Assembly: GCA_002245135.1 (NCBI GenBank)
Contig: NGBS01000043.1
Location: 1 to 41,779 of the forward strand
Direction: 5' to 3'
Length of the DNA: 41,779 bases
Source: Proteromonas lacertae
Lineage: Eukaryota
The notes beneath the pieces are model-generated. The model saw only the letters and a list, made by a program, of their open reading frames with translations, did no database searches and had not been told where the DNA came from. Numbering within the stretch: position 1 is the stretch's first letter; every line of letters begins with the position of its first letter. Positions 11,554 to 21,787 of this stretch are shown piece by piece. The translations under genes were made by a program, and so were the position numbers.

Positions 11554-13050
11554 ATTCATCCTAATCCTAAGAAAAAGGATATTAACACCTATGAAAAAAG
11601 ACTTCAGCAAATTGTAATGAATCCAAAGAAGAATGCAGTGTATGATATATTTGGTATTAGAACTTCTGAAGAAGATATTAAGGATCCATTAACAAATGAT
11701 CAGTTGGAATTTGTTGAAAGATTTATAAAAAGTATTGGAAAAATACAACTTGGATTAAATGAAATTCATTTCATATTGGAATTATACAATTTAAATCAAC
11801 ATTATTACGTATGCAAAGATAAACAAATGATAATGAATAAAGAGATGGAAGCATTCATAATTAGAGCTAAAGATAGTAACAATTATTACACTGTTATCAT
11901 TCATCATGATAATAAAACAATCGAAGTTATAGATTCATTTGGTGAAGATGATTATGCAGAAGGTATTCGTCGTATTGGTAGATATGATAGAAGTGTAGGT
12001 GAAATAATATCTCAATATAAGATTGTCAAGACCAATGTTAATACTAACTTTCTTGAAGCAACAGAAATATTGGCTGCTGTAATGCTAATGATAAAGATAT
12101 CTGAAGATCATCCATATATAAGAGATGTTGATATTATTCTAATGATTGATCTATTCAAAACCTATATACACCTTCTGATAGAGCGTAATTCAATGACTTT
12201 AATATATGCATGTAAAATGGTAAATAGAAAAGATACTAGTGTTGCATCAATTACATATGATGATCACACTCATGATAGTTTGTTGTTTGTAAAGAAAATT
12301 AAAGGATATAATGATATTGGTCATGTAAGATTCTATGGACAACATCAACAACCGAAATATGAAGCAAATTGTAAAGAATTGGTGAGTCATTTAAATATTA
12401 ACAATCAACTAAAAGGCGATGAATTCCTGTTTTTATTACATTATATTTCCAACAACAATAAGAATGTTATTGATCCTGGTGTTGTATTTTTAAATGAAAA
12501 GCAAAAGGATAATAAAAAAAAGATAAGTGAAAAAGGAATTTATTATTTTCCAGTATGTGATCCAAATCAAAGTCATTGGAGTTTATGGGAAGTAGATTAT
12601 GTTCCTAATGACTATATGATGTTTAGAATATATGACAGTTTAGCAATTTATATGAACAAAGAACCAAGAAATATAGTAATAAAGAATATTAAACAACTCT
12701 TTCATTCTTGCAATCGCGAATTAGAATCATATGAAATAGTAGATACAAAAGTTCATCAAACAGATGCTGTAACTTGTGGATATTACTGTTTATTCTTTCT
12801 TGGAGCAAGATTGAATAATTTGGAAATAACAAAGATTCAAAATATAGAAAGTTTTAATATAAAATACTTCATTGATGATTTAATTGAAGGTATAGAAAGT
12901 TTAAATAACGAAGAAAAAGCGAAATTGTTTTACATTTACAACAAAAAAACATTTATAGATTTAAATAATTTCATTTTCTTTAAAAATTCTAAAAAGTATC
13001 TTTATATAATTACAATGTGTTTGTTAGGTACACACTTCCACATAACATGA
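11554..13050 (+). CDS. Ulp1/C48-like cysteine protease region (C-terminal part of integrase fusion)
   Basis: Catalytic H/D/Q/C motifs YFPV...SHWSL, RIYDSL and HQTDAVTCGYY. An earlier degenerate copy (NYYTVII...EVIDSFG) lacks the His and Cys. Confidence 0.82.
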   Translation: MHPNPKKKDINTYEKRLQQIVMNPKKNAVYDIFGIRTSEEDIKDPLTNDQLEFVERFIKSIGKIQLGLNEIHFILELYNLNQHYYVCKDKQMIMNKEMEAFIIRAKDSNNYYTVIIHHDNKTIEVIDSFGEDDYAEGIRRIGRYDRSVGEIISQYKIVKTNVNTNFLEATEILAAVMLMIKISEDHPYIRDVDIILMIDLFKTYIHLLIERNSMTLIYACKMVNRKDTSVASITYDDHTHDSLLFVKKIKGYNDIGHVRFYGQHQQPKYEANCKELVSHLNINNQLKGDEFLFLLHYISNNNKNVIDPGVVFLNEKQKDNKKKISEKGIYYFPVCDPNQSHWSLWEVDYVPNDYMMFRIYDSLAIYMNKEPRNIVIKNIKQLFHSCNRELESYEIVDTKVHQTDAVTCGYYCLFFLGARLNNLEITKIQNIESFNIKYFIDDLIEGIESLNNEEKAKLFYIYNKKTFIDLNNFIFFKNSKKYLYIITMCLLGTHFHIT

Positions 13051-13174
13051 AAATCAATTTTGGAAAAAGATTTGAGTTGAATGTTGTTTCAACTTATTTT
13101 CTGATTTCAATTTTGTTATATTTGTTAATAATATATTATGATTATCTCATATATGAAATATGAGAAATCAAAAG

Positions 13175-13232
13175 TGTCTCCTAGACAAACGGCGTGAGAA
13201 GATTTAGAAATACGCCGTTTGTCTAGGAGACA
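13175..13232. repeat. Perfect 21-bp inverted repeat with 16-nt spacer
   Basis: TGTCTCCTAGACAAACGGCGT (13175-13195) pairs with ACGCCGTTTGTCTAGGAGACA (13212-13232). It shares the GTGTCT..AGACAAACGGC motif with the element termini. Confidence 0.9.
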
Positions 13233-13548
13233 TTTTTCACTTCTCAATTTTCTTCTGTGACTTATGTGTATCATTTCATAATCATTGATACTATTATATA
13301 AAACAAAAACAACACATAAATTATAATTTTGTAAATTATACAAAAGAAGCTAAGTGTTAAAAATATATTGTAACTAGCTACACACTGAAATGAATGATTT
13401 TTATAGAAGGCACTGAAATATGAAATACATTAATTTGTTGTAGCTTTGAGATTCATGTCCATTAAAGATTGTATTTCTGTTTATATTGTAGAGAGTTATA
13501 TACAAATATAATCTTACTTTGTCATATAAGCATGACAGAGTTCCATTT

Positions 13549-13686
13549 ATATTGCAGACATAGGCTATATGACAAAGTACGTATAAAAGTAACAATTACT
13601 CATCTAAATAAGTAAGAATATACATTTAGTTTGTTTTAAAAGTGTCTGCTCAACAAACGGTTTACTCTAACAAATGGCGCACAACA
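13549..13686. repeat. Terminal inverted-repeat-like end (~140 bp) finishing in ACAACA
   Basis: Aligns by eye with ~15857-15996 and ~32090-32227 (and 40081 onward in reverse). Similarity stops at ACAACA in each copy. Confidence 0.8.
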
Positions 13687-14156
13687 AGAGTCATATTTCT
13701 CAATGACTGCGCTTACAGTTGGTTGGATCTTGTTGAGTTGCCATGGCCACGTTGTATCGTAAGCTCTTGGTAAACATCTCGGTGTTGTTGGAGTCAATGA
13801 AGAAGAACATCATCTGGAAATATTCAATTGGAGGTAGTAGTTGGTATTATACTTAGAGATCTTTTCAACCAAGGCATGAACATAGAAGGGTGATTGATCT
13901 TGCTTAAGGAAGTAGTGCTAGTGCTTACCACAGATACTGAGCTGGGTCTTCTCAGGTTTTAATTGTCGTTATTGTTGGGAAGCTCAAGGGTTGGTTCATT
14001 ATTGGCATCACTGAATCTTAAAAATGAACGTTTAAAGGAATTTTAAAGGAATCGCAGAACATCTGGTAGAATAATCCTTGAAGCAATCCACTTACTAGAT
14101 CATGATGCAGGGAAGAAGACCCCGTAGGAGGAATTCTATAGGCATCTTATGTATAT

Positions 14157-14302
14157 GGGACTTTGACCACTTGTTACAGAGTTCTAGCGAGTGTTCTAGA
14201 AGTCCGTCCCTTTCTAGATTCAGAGTTGACTTTTATGGGGCCTTGAAAGGGACGGACCCCTTGAAAACTCGTTAGAACTCTGTGGCATTGTGACAGAGTC
14301 CC
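14157..14302. mobile_element. 146-bp MITE with ~60-bp imperfect TIRs (GGGAC...GTCCC)
   Basis: GGGACTTTG...GTCCGTCCCTTTC is mirrored by GAAAGGGACGGAC...CAGAGTCCC. The 8-bp flanks ATGTATAT and ATTTATAT differ by one mismatch. Confidence 0.75.
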
Positions 14303-14378
14303 ATTTATATACTATATAATTATAGGATAAATCAAGCTGTGAATAGTTTTGTATTACTAGAAGCTATATATATTAGCT

Positions 14379-15355
14379 ATGATATTCAAAATATATATAC
14401 AAGAATTACGAGGATTAGCTGTGAGTTTTGTATTACTCTATCATCTTGGCATATTATTTAAGGGAGGGTTTATAGGAGTAGATATTTTTTTTGTATTATC
14501 AGGATATTTAATCTTTCTATAGTAAAAGATTAAAAAGATTATTCCCTTCTTCATGTTTCGTTATTTTGTGTGTTTATTATGTAAATCTTAAAAATACAAA
14601 CTATTATCATTCATTTAATATTCTACATGATTTAATATACGCTTCTATTTTTTTATCAAATTATCATTTTGGTAAAGAATTATCTACATTATTTATATTA
14701 TAACAAATATAATTATTTGTATATTTTAATGGTAGTATTATTTATATCTTTTATTCATAATATTTATTTTTCCTACTATAAAGAAACAAGTTATTTCAAT
14801 TTTACTTCAAGAATATGGGAGTTGTTATGTGGATGTATAACATCTCTATATAAAGTATCTCCATATAAGTATAGTCAATTACTGCTCTCTGTATATTATT
14901 TATTACAACTATTTTTTTCATGTATGTATAGTAAAGAATTAAAATATCCTTTCTATGCTGTATTTCCAGTTTTTGTAACCATGAAAATTATTCTATTAGA
15001 TTATGATAATTTGCATTATTCTAATCTTCTTATATATATAGGAAACCTCTCTTATGTTATATATTTAGTTCATTATCCTGTGCTATATTATTTTGAATAT
15101 AGAAATATAATTATTAAAATTATACTCTTATTCTTCTTTTCTTATAATCTTCATTTTATAATTGAATTACCTTTTTATAAATTAATTCTAAAACACAGTG
15201 TGTTTTTCCCTATATTTTACTCTTTTGCTTTAATTATACTTATTCTTTTTATTTGTTACAAAAGAATCAGATTTTTAAGAAGTAAAATATATAAAAATAA
15301 GTCAATATACTCATTACATCCATTATTATTATATAAAACATGTAAATTTTGTTAA
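14379..15355 (+). pseudogene. OafA/Acyl_transf_3 O-acyltransferase pseudogene
   Basis: ATG 14379 gives IQELRGLAVSFVLLYH...GGFIGVDIFFVLSGYLI and then a stop. The downstream ORF 14669-15355 has SRIWELLCG and IGNLSYVIYLVHYP. The C-terminal SGNH domain is absent. Confidence 0.85.
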
Positions 15356-15434
15356 ACGAGGACGTTGCCCTAAGTTAACAGAACATGAGTAATTATTGCT
15401 TTCAAATACTGTTAAAGAAAACAACAACACTATC

Positions 15435-15996
15435 AATTTATATTATAAATATTTAAAAATTGTATTGTATGCGTTGTATCAACATAATATAAGCTCATTG
15501 TATAATAAAAGAATAGAAATTCTTGAAAAGGCTTGAGATTTGTATATTTATTTTGCAATCATATATATGTAATATGAAATGGCTTGATAAAAAGTATAAG
15601 TAATATGTAAAATGGTATAACAGTAATGCAACGTGGTATATCTATTTTGCAACAAATGTCGTTACGTATAAGCATTATGATATATTGTATAAGTAAGTTA
15701 CAAAACACTGTATAGAAAGATTTAATAATTTTTATATTCTAATCATTTCAGCTAATGTATTTTAGTCTATATTAGCTAAATATGTATTTATTTTGCTTTA
15801 AGAATTTCTATAAAACAAACGGCGCAAATATTCAAACTATTTATATTAACAAAAAAGTATACTGCAGATGTAGGTCATATAACAAAGTAAGTATAAAAGT
15901 AACAATTTTTCAGCAAGACAAGTAAGAATATACATTTAGTTTGTTTTAGAAGTGTCTGGTATACAAACGGCCAACTATGACAAACGGCGTACAACA
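15435..15996. mobile_element. Partial copy of the TGT-ended non-autonomous element
   Basis: The internal sequence (e.g. TTTTGCAATCATATATATGTAATATGAAATGGCTTGAT) matches ~40375-40415. The terminus is ...CAAACGGCGTACAACA. The left boundary is approximate. Confidence 0.75.
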
Positions 15997-16192
15997 ACTC
16001 AAATATGTTCCTTGAGTCTGTTAACAAGATTTATTAAAAAGCTAATATATTGTCTCCTCCTAATGATTCATGAATCTTGATTTAATGAAAATTATCTTAT
16101 CATATATTATATTAATCTTTATATACTTTTCATTCTGTACATTGTTCTTGTTTATCAAGCTAAATGTATTAAAATCTGTTTCAAATTAATAC

Positions 16193-16647
16193 CAGGGTTG
16201 TATTTATCGGTTACCGACGGAGATAGGTCAAAACCTATAGGTTTTGCCTTAACCGTCGTTCGGTCAAGCCTTACAAGCCGTATATTATAAAATCTATTTT
16301 AATTCATTATATACTAATTTTCCCTTCATAAAAACTATCTTATAATATATTTTAATACTTGATTCATATATTTTCAATTCAATTAAATAATTTTTAACTT
16401 TTTATAAAGAATTACAATTTAATACTCAACAATAATTAGGTATTCTATATAATTATGTTCTTATTTATTTCTACTAATCATCAGTTTCATTTGTAATCTA
16501 TCACATGATAAATTTGATTTGGATAAGTTACTTATTTGTCCAGCCTCGGAAAATATTCTTTCTGGCTCTAAAGATGTTGCTAGACTGTTTATTGACCTAC
16601 CACCGATCGGTTTTCTCCGTCGGTCATAACCGATTTATACAACCCTG
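16193..16647. mobile_element. hAT-like non-autonomous element (455 bp)
   Basis: TIRs CAGGGTTGTAT..ATCGGTTA and TAACCGAT..ATACAACCCTG. Perfect 8-bp TSD ATTAATAC at 16185-16192 and 16648-16655. Subterminal CCGACGG-type repeats are present. Confidence 0.9.
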
Positions 16648-16654
16648 ATTAATA

Positions 16655-17659
16655 CTATATATATTTAAGATATATGGAAAATTTTTTATTATACATCTCA
16701 ATAAACTTATTATATCTATCATACTGATGAATGATTAATGGTATAGTTCCGTCTTTATTATAAATGGTAGAATTATTAATAATCAATTTCTTTACTTCAG
16801 GTAAATCTATTCCAGTTGTTAAAATAACACCCTTTTCATTTTCATGTTTAACAAATTTTATATTTTTAAAATAATTTGAATAGTAAGCATAATTTAAACT
16901 TCCTTGATCTTGTGTAATTACATTATTGTCATTAATAAATTTACAAAACTGTTTTAAAAATGAGTAAAAGTAATTATTTGTACCAAATATTGATCCAGAA
17001 TTAATAATCTTGTTGTGTATAATGTTTTTGTAATTTTTGTATGGTTTTACCCATAATAAATTATATTGGTTATTTGCAATCATGATTTTCATGTCGCTTC
17101 TTTCTTCAACAATATATAACCCATCATCAAATTTCCATTTAAATGGATCACCTTGAAATATTACATCTCTCACATCAACAGTGATAATATGACTGTAATT
17201 CCCACCATATATTTGAAACCAACACCATAAAATAGAGAATCTATATAAATTCCACTTATATATTTTATAATTTCTATTTTGTATAGAGCATTTTTTCAAA
17301 AAAGATTGATTCAATGGGAATAAAACATTATGCAAAGAATAATATGGCCATTCATTTTCAACATATATAGGAATTATATTAAAATATTTAACATATTTAT
17401 TAAATTTTAAAATTTCTTTAAATGATATAGTCATAACTAAGTCTTTTTTATATCCACTTTGTCTTAAAGATGAAACAAATAGACTTATATTTTCCCATTT
17501 ATATCCAGCAGCACAACCCCAAACTAATGGATTTATTGATTTGTAATTAATAGATGTCAAATATTTTGTATATCCAATAATTTCATTACTTCTAAAACAT
17601 AAAAATGAAATAAAAAAATATAAAACTAATATCAATAAAAAGAATAAAATAATATTCAT
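16655..17659 (-). CDS. Type II membrane GT-A-fold glycosyltransferase, family unassigned
   Basis: N-terminal TM segment, then DVRDVIFQGDPF, INSGSIFG, DQGSLNY and IIHQYDR motifs. Confidence 0.75.
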   Translation of the reverse strand: MNIILFFLLILVLYFFISFLCFRSNEIIGYTKYLTSINYKSINPLVWGCAAGYKWENISLFVSSLRQSGYKKDLVMTISFKEILKFNKYVKYFNIIPIYVENEWPYYSLHNVLFPLNQSFLKKCSIQNRNYKIYKWNLYRFSILWCWFQIYGGNYSHIITVDVRDVIFQGDPFKWKFDDGLYIVEERSDMKIMIANNQYNLLWVKPYKNYKNIIHNKIINSGSIFGTNNYFYSFLKQFCKFINDNNVITQDQGSLNYAYYSNYFKNIKFVKHENEKGVILTTGIDLPEVKKLIINNSTIYNKDGTIPLIIHQYDRYNKFIEMYNKKFSIYLKYI

Positions 17660-17695
17660 GCTTATTAGAATTTGAGAAATTACTTTTAAAAGTTA

Positions 17696-18685
17696 ATGTA
17701 TAATTATATACTACTAATAATAATAATCATAATGATATATAATCAATTTCTCTTTTCTAATGACTTAATTCTCAAAAATATTAATAGAAAAATAATCAAT
17801 GATTTGTCAATATATATTGATTGCAACAAAAGAGGATATGATTTAAGATGTGGTAGAGACAAAACAAATTATAAAATTCCACCAGTTCACATTCAACCAC
17901 ATAGTTCATATATATCATATTCACTATTATCTATGTGTGAGAATTATAAACCAATAGAATGCTCAAATTCATATATTTTGATAGGAGTATTATGTAGACC
18001 AGATGTAATTTATGATAGAATGGTTATAAGAAAAGTATTAAGAGGATATAAAGATGTTAAATATTTATTTATTACAGGATTAACAACAGATTTAAATATA
18101 TATAATATATTGATTAAGGAAAGTGAAATCTATTCTGATTTAATCCTATTTAATATAATTTCATCTTATTATAACTGCTCACTTTTAATGTCATGTTTTT
18201 ATATTTATTTATACAAAGAATGTGCAAATATTAAATGGTTTATAAAACTAGATATAGATACATATATTAATATTCCACTTACTATGCATATTATAAAAAA
18301 CTGTGATACAAATATTTCAATCATTGGATCATTTGTTTTTAGAAAAAAGTATAAATGCAATACTAAATCAAGATGGTCAATTAAATGTCCAAATAAAAAT
18401 ATATCATACATTACTATTCCACCATATCCTTTAGGCCCTGGATTTATATTTTCTTTTTCTTCAGTCAGATGTATTAATTTATACTTCCGCAACAAACTGA
18501 AGATTATTTGGATTGAAGATATATTATTTGGGTTAATTATTGATTATTGTAAATTTAATTATTTAGAAATATCTCAAATAACTGCAATAACATATCAGCC
18601 AAAATACAATCTAAGTATATTGAAGAATAAAATCTTTATTCATGGACTTTATCCTGTTGAAATACTTTTTAATTCTTTAAATTGA
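17696..18685 (+). CDS. GT31 (beta-1,3-galactosyltransferase-like) glycosyltransferase
   Basis: TM anchor, then R..IR, ESEIYSDLI, KLDIDTYIN, PPYPLGPGFI and IEDILFG. Confidence 0.85.
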   Translation: MYNYILLIIIIIMIYNQFLFSNDLILKNINRKIINDLSIYIDCNKRGYDLRCGRDKTNYKIPPVHIQPHSSYISYSLLSMCENYKPIECSNSYILIGVLCRPDVIYDRMVIRKVLRGYKDVKYLFITGLTTDLNIYNILIKESEIYSDLILFNIISSYYNCSLLMSCFYIYLYKECANIKWFIKLDIDTYINIPLTMHIIKNCDTNISIIGSFVFRKKYKCNTKSRWSIKCPNKNISYITIPPYPLGPGFIFSFSSVRCINLYFRNKLKIIWIEDILFGLIIDYCKFNYLEISQITAITYQPKYNLSILKNKIFIHGLYPVEILFNSLN

Positions 18686-18781
18686 TAATACTAATTTTAT
18701 AAAGCATGTCTGTATAAATATATTTCAAATTGTAATTATCAACATTTAACTCTTTAATTCTATTGGATAAAAAACAGCTCT

Positions 18782-19765
18782 TTAACTAAATTTGTTAATT
18801 GAATAATTCATATTTGTTAAATGAAGATATGCAATTTCTGATATTCTTAGACAATGAATCATATATACTTTATTCAAATCAAATATAAATATGGGTAGTT
18901 TTAGATATGATTTGAGCTTATAAGAAGAATATGAATCTATAAATTTAAAATTCATTTCTCTTGCTAACATACCGAAAAACATATCTTCAGCAATTATATG
19001 TAGTTTAAAACAATTAATTAATATTTTGTCTATATTGACTGTTAATAAATTAATTGAATTCGATAAAAATGTATAGGACATACCACTAGGATATTTCTTA
19101 TTTGAATTATTTATTAACCATATATATCCTAAAACAAATGGTTCATCTTCATCCACTAATGAATTTGAAATTGATTGTAGGAAATTTATATTCAAAAATG
19201 TATCTGTGTCTTGTTTTACTATAATTTTATAATAGTGATGGTATATCTTAATCCATTTCAAAAAATTATATGTTAAAAAATGAAGCTTATAATAATTACA
19301 ATAGAAATTAAAAACAATTATATCTTTATATTTATTAATTTCTTTATTTAATAGAGAATTTAATGTTTCATTGTAATCTAACCCAATAAAAAATAATAAT
19401 TGAATATTCTGATATAATTTATATAACTTTCTAAAAACATACCTTTCATAAAACAATGATATATGTGAATGTATGGCTATTAGAATTTGAGTTTTTATTA
19501 ATTTGATTGATTTATTAAAAGAGACTGTTAAGTTACTAATTATTTTATCATTAGAACTTTTAACATAACATGTCTGGGATGTATAGTTTCTGCTATATAT
19601 TATAGGAATGTTATTCTTTGTAAATTCTTTAATTTTATATAATTCTTGTTTAATTTTGTTGTGGTATGTATTTTCCAAAATAAAACTGTTTAAGTGACTG
19701 AATAATAATACTACAATATAATATAAACAAATAAATAAGATAAATAATTTGTTATGTGAATTTAT
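18782..19765 (-). CDS. GT31-like glycosyltransferase (no in-frame ATG before its TM anchor)
   Basis: EINKYKDII, KQDTDTFLN, YPSGMSY and AEDMFFG. The frame is open upstream of 19678 through a hydrophobic segment to ATA at 19765. Confidence 0.8.
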   Translation of the reverse strand: MNSHNKLFILFICLYYIVVLLFSHLNSFILENTYHNKIKQELYKIKEFTKNNIPIIYSRNYTSQTCYVKSSNDKIISNLTVSFNKSIKLIKTQILIAIHSHISLFYERYVFRKLYKLYQNIQLLFFIGLDYNETLNSLLNKEINKYKDIIVFNFYCNYYKLHFLTYNFLKWIKIYHHYYKIIVKQDTDTFLNINFLQSISNSLVDEDEPFVLGYIWLINNSNKKYPSGMSYTFLSNSINLLTVNIDKILINCFKLHIIAEDMFFGMLAREMNFKFIDSYSSYKLKSYLKLPIFIFDLNKVYMIHCLRISEIAYLHLTNMNYSINKFS

Positions 19766-19980
19766 AATTTATTATTAATTAGGTAATAAGTTGTTATCTA
19801 ATTAATTCTATTCATTAATATCCTACTAACCTTCTAGAATAACTCATTCTATCAATAAATTCATACTAAGATATTTTAATTTTCAAACATTTCTTGATAG
19901 AAAGTGCTTAAAACAACTTCATATAAATTTAATCTCTATTATTTAAATTTAAATTAATTTTAGAAAAGCAAGAAAATTAT

Positions 19981-21699
19981 ATGAAATATAGAAACGATAT
20001 TCAAATATTAAGAGGATTTTCAATTAGTATTATTGTTTTATATCATTCTAATATATTAAAGTATGGATATATTGCCGTTATTATTTTTATTACTCTATCA
20101 GGATATTTATCTAATTCAAATAAACAGTTTATTACTTTATGGAAAAGATATATAAGATTATTATTTCCCTGTTTAACTAGCACATGCATTGTATTTTTAT
20201 ATTATAGAAATGATATATACGAACAACAATATTACCAGTTGTACAATGAACTATTATCTACAGTTTTATTATATTGTAACTATTATTATATTTATTGTAG
20301 TACAGATTATTTCAATCCTCCTGATAATTCTTTATTATTACATTACTGGTATATTACCGTTGATATGCATTTATATTTTATCTTTATATTCTGTATAAAT
20401 TATTCTAGAATGACTTATCGAGTTATTTCATTGTTTTCATTTATCATATACACTTATACTTTTAACAAATTCTTATCATACAATTATTTTTCTACAATCA
20501 CAAGAGTTTGGGAATATTTGTTTCCGAAAATTATGTCAACTAATATCAAAATAAGATATTCAAAGCAGATTGCAACATTAGTGCTGATAAGTATATCATA
20601 TTATTCAAACTATGCTATTGATGAAAGATTATATCACATATTAATAGTTATAGCAACTTTTCTTTATTTGAACAACAAATTAAATTTTCATTTTTACCTA
20701 GCAGAAAAGATAGGAATTATTTCTTATTATGTATATCTTGTACACTATCCTATTTTAAAACTTCAAACGTTGGATCTATCATCTGCATGGAGTATATTAG
20801 TTATTTCAATTATTTTGTATACTTTATACGGATATAAACCTGTATTAAGGATATTAAAATATAGATATTATTTTAGTATATTGTTTTTATTTCAATTATA
20901 TAGTTTATTATATTTTTCTTCATGCGAAATAAAGTATCAAAAGAATATTATTGGAGGTAATTATAATGAACTAATTGATAAAAATAATTATTGTTGTTAT
21001 AAAAGCATTAAAGGTGTAAGAGATAAAACTATATTAGTAGTGGGAGATTCTCATGCATTTAATTTATTAGGGAATTATTATAATATATTTAGAATATATC
21101 ATTATATAATATATTACAAATACATACACACAGAGTTTTTAGTTAGAAATAATTCTGATTTATATGACATATCTGATTGTTTTTATTTGATTATTAATAT
21201 GAATTTATTTTATGATAATAAACATGAAGATTATTTAAAATTCTATCCAACAAAAATATATTCATATTTAAGATATTTAAAATCAAAATCAAAATATGTT
21301 TTATATTTTCTACCTACACCTGTATTAAAACAAAAAATTTCATGTAAAATGCAGAAGAATTATATATCTAAAAATGGATTAGATATAACAATGTATAATA
21401 ATGGAAGTAGATTTAGCGAAGGTATTGAAGTGTATGATTTATCACATCTTTACTGTATTAATAATAAATGTAACCTTAATTATAAAGATGGTTGTGTATA
21501 TTCTGATGAACATCATTTAACATTTAATTTTTATAAAAGTATCTATAACTTTACATATGGTATTATTAAACCATTTTTGAATAAAAAGATAATAAATTCT
21601 CTATATAATAGTAATTGCCATTATATTTTATATAAAAATAAAATATTAAGAGCATGGAAATATCCATATAGAGGATGTAATTTACATTTATATTATTAG
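19981..21699 (+). CDS. OafA-like O-acyltransferase: Acyl_transf_3 membrane domain fused to SGNH domain
   Basis: YRNDIQILRG..I..LYH, FITLSGY, LLHYWYI, TRVWE and GIISYYVYLVHYP, then SGNH motifs GDSHA and DEHHL. Confidence 0.88.
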   Translation: MKYRNDIQILRGFSISIIVLYHSNILKYGYIAVIIFITLSGYLSNSNKQFITLWKRYIRLLFPCLTSTCIVFLYYRNDIYEQQYYQLYNELLSTVLLYCNYYYIYCSTDYFNPPDNSLLLHYWYITVDMHLYFIFIFCINYSRMTYRVISLFSFIIYTYTFNKFLSYNYFSTITRVWEYLFPKIMSTNIKIRYSKQIATLVLISISYYSNYAIDERLYHILIVIATFLYLNNKLNFHFYLAEKIGIISYYVYLVHYPILKLQTLDLSSAWSILVISIILYTLYGYKPVLRILKYRYYFSILFLFQLYSLLYFSSCEIKYQKNIIGGNYNELIDKNNYCCYKSIKGVRDKTILVVGDSHAFNLLGNYYNIFRIYHYIIYYKYIHTEFLVRNNSDLYDISDCFYLIINMNLFYDNKHEDYLKFYPTKIYSYLRYLKSKSKYVLYFLPTPVLKQKISCKMQKNYISKNGLDITMYNNGSRFSEGIEVYDLSHLYCINNKCNLNYKDGCVYSDEHHLTFNFYKSIYNFTYGIIKPFLNKKIINSLYNSNCHYILYKNKILRAWKYPYRGCNLHLYY

Positions 21700-21787
21700 A
21701 ATTATCATCAATATAATGTAATTTACATATCTAGAAAATCAAAAAAGCGTGGTATTATATTAACCGATATATAGAAAGTTTTACACA

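Larger units (their letters stand above)
1..13686. mobile_element. Polinton/Maverick-like endogenous viral element (left end outside window; right end tentatively at the ...ACAACA terminus, 13686)
   Basis: Contains pPolB, an adenain-type protease, a basic core-like protein and an rve integrase. The block ends at a repeated terminal sequence, after which base composition becomes abruptly more GC-rich. Capsid and ATPase genes were not recognised. Confidence 0.8.

Noticed and set aside
13018..13025. TGTTTGTT as a Blastocystis-type polyadenylation/stop-creating motif
   Set aside because: It is a single occurrence that could equally be part of a 32-nt intron (12996-13027). I did not see it recurring at other gene ends, so it is unresolved without transcripts.
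13175..13232. Rho-independent terminator or CRISPR repeat
   Set aside because: The context is eukaryotic, there is no repeat-spacer array, and the arms match transposon terminal motifs.
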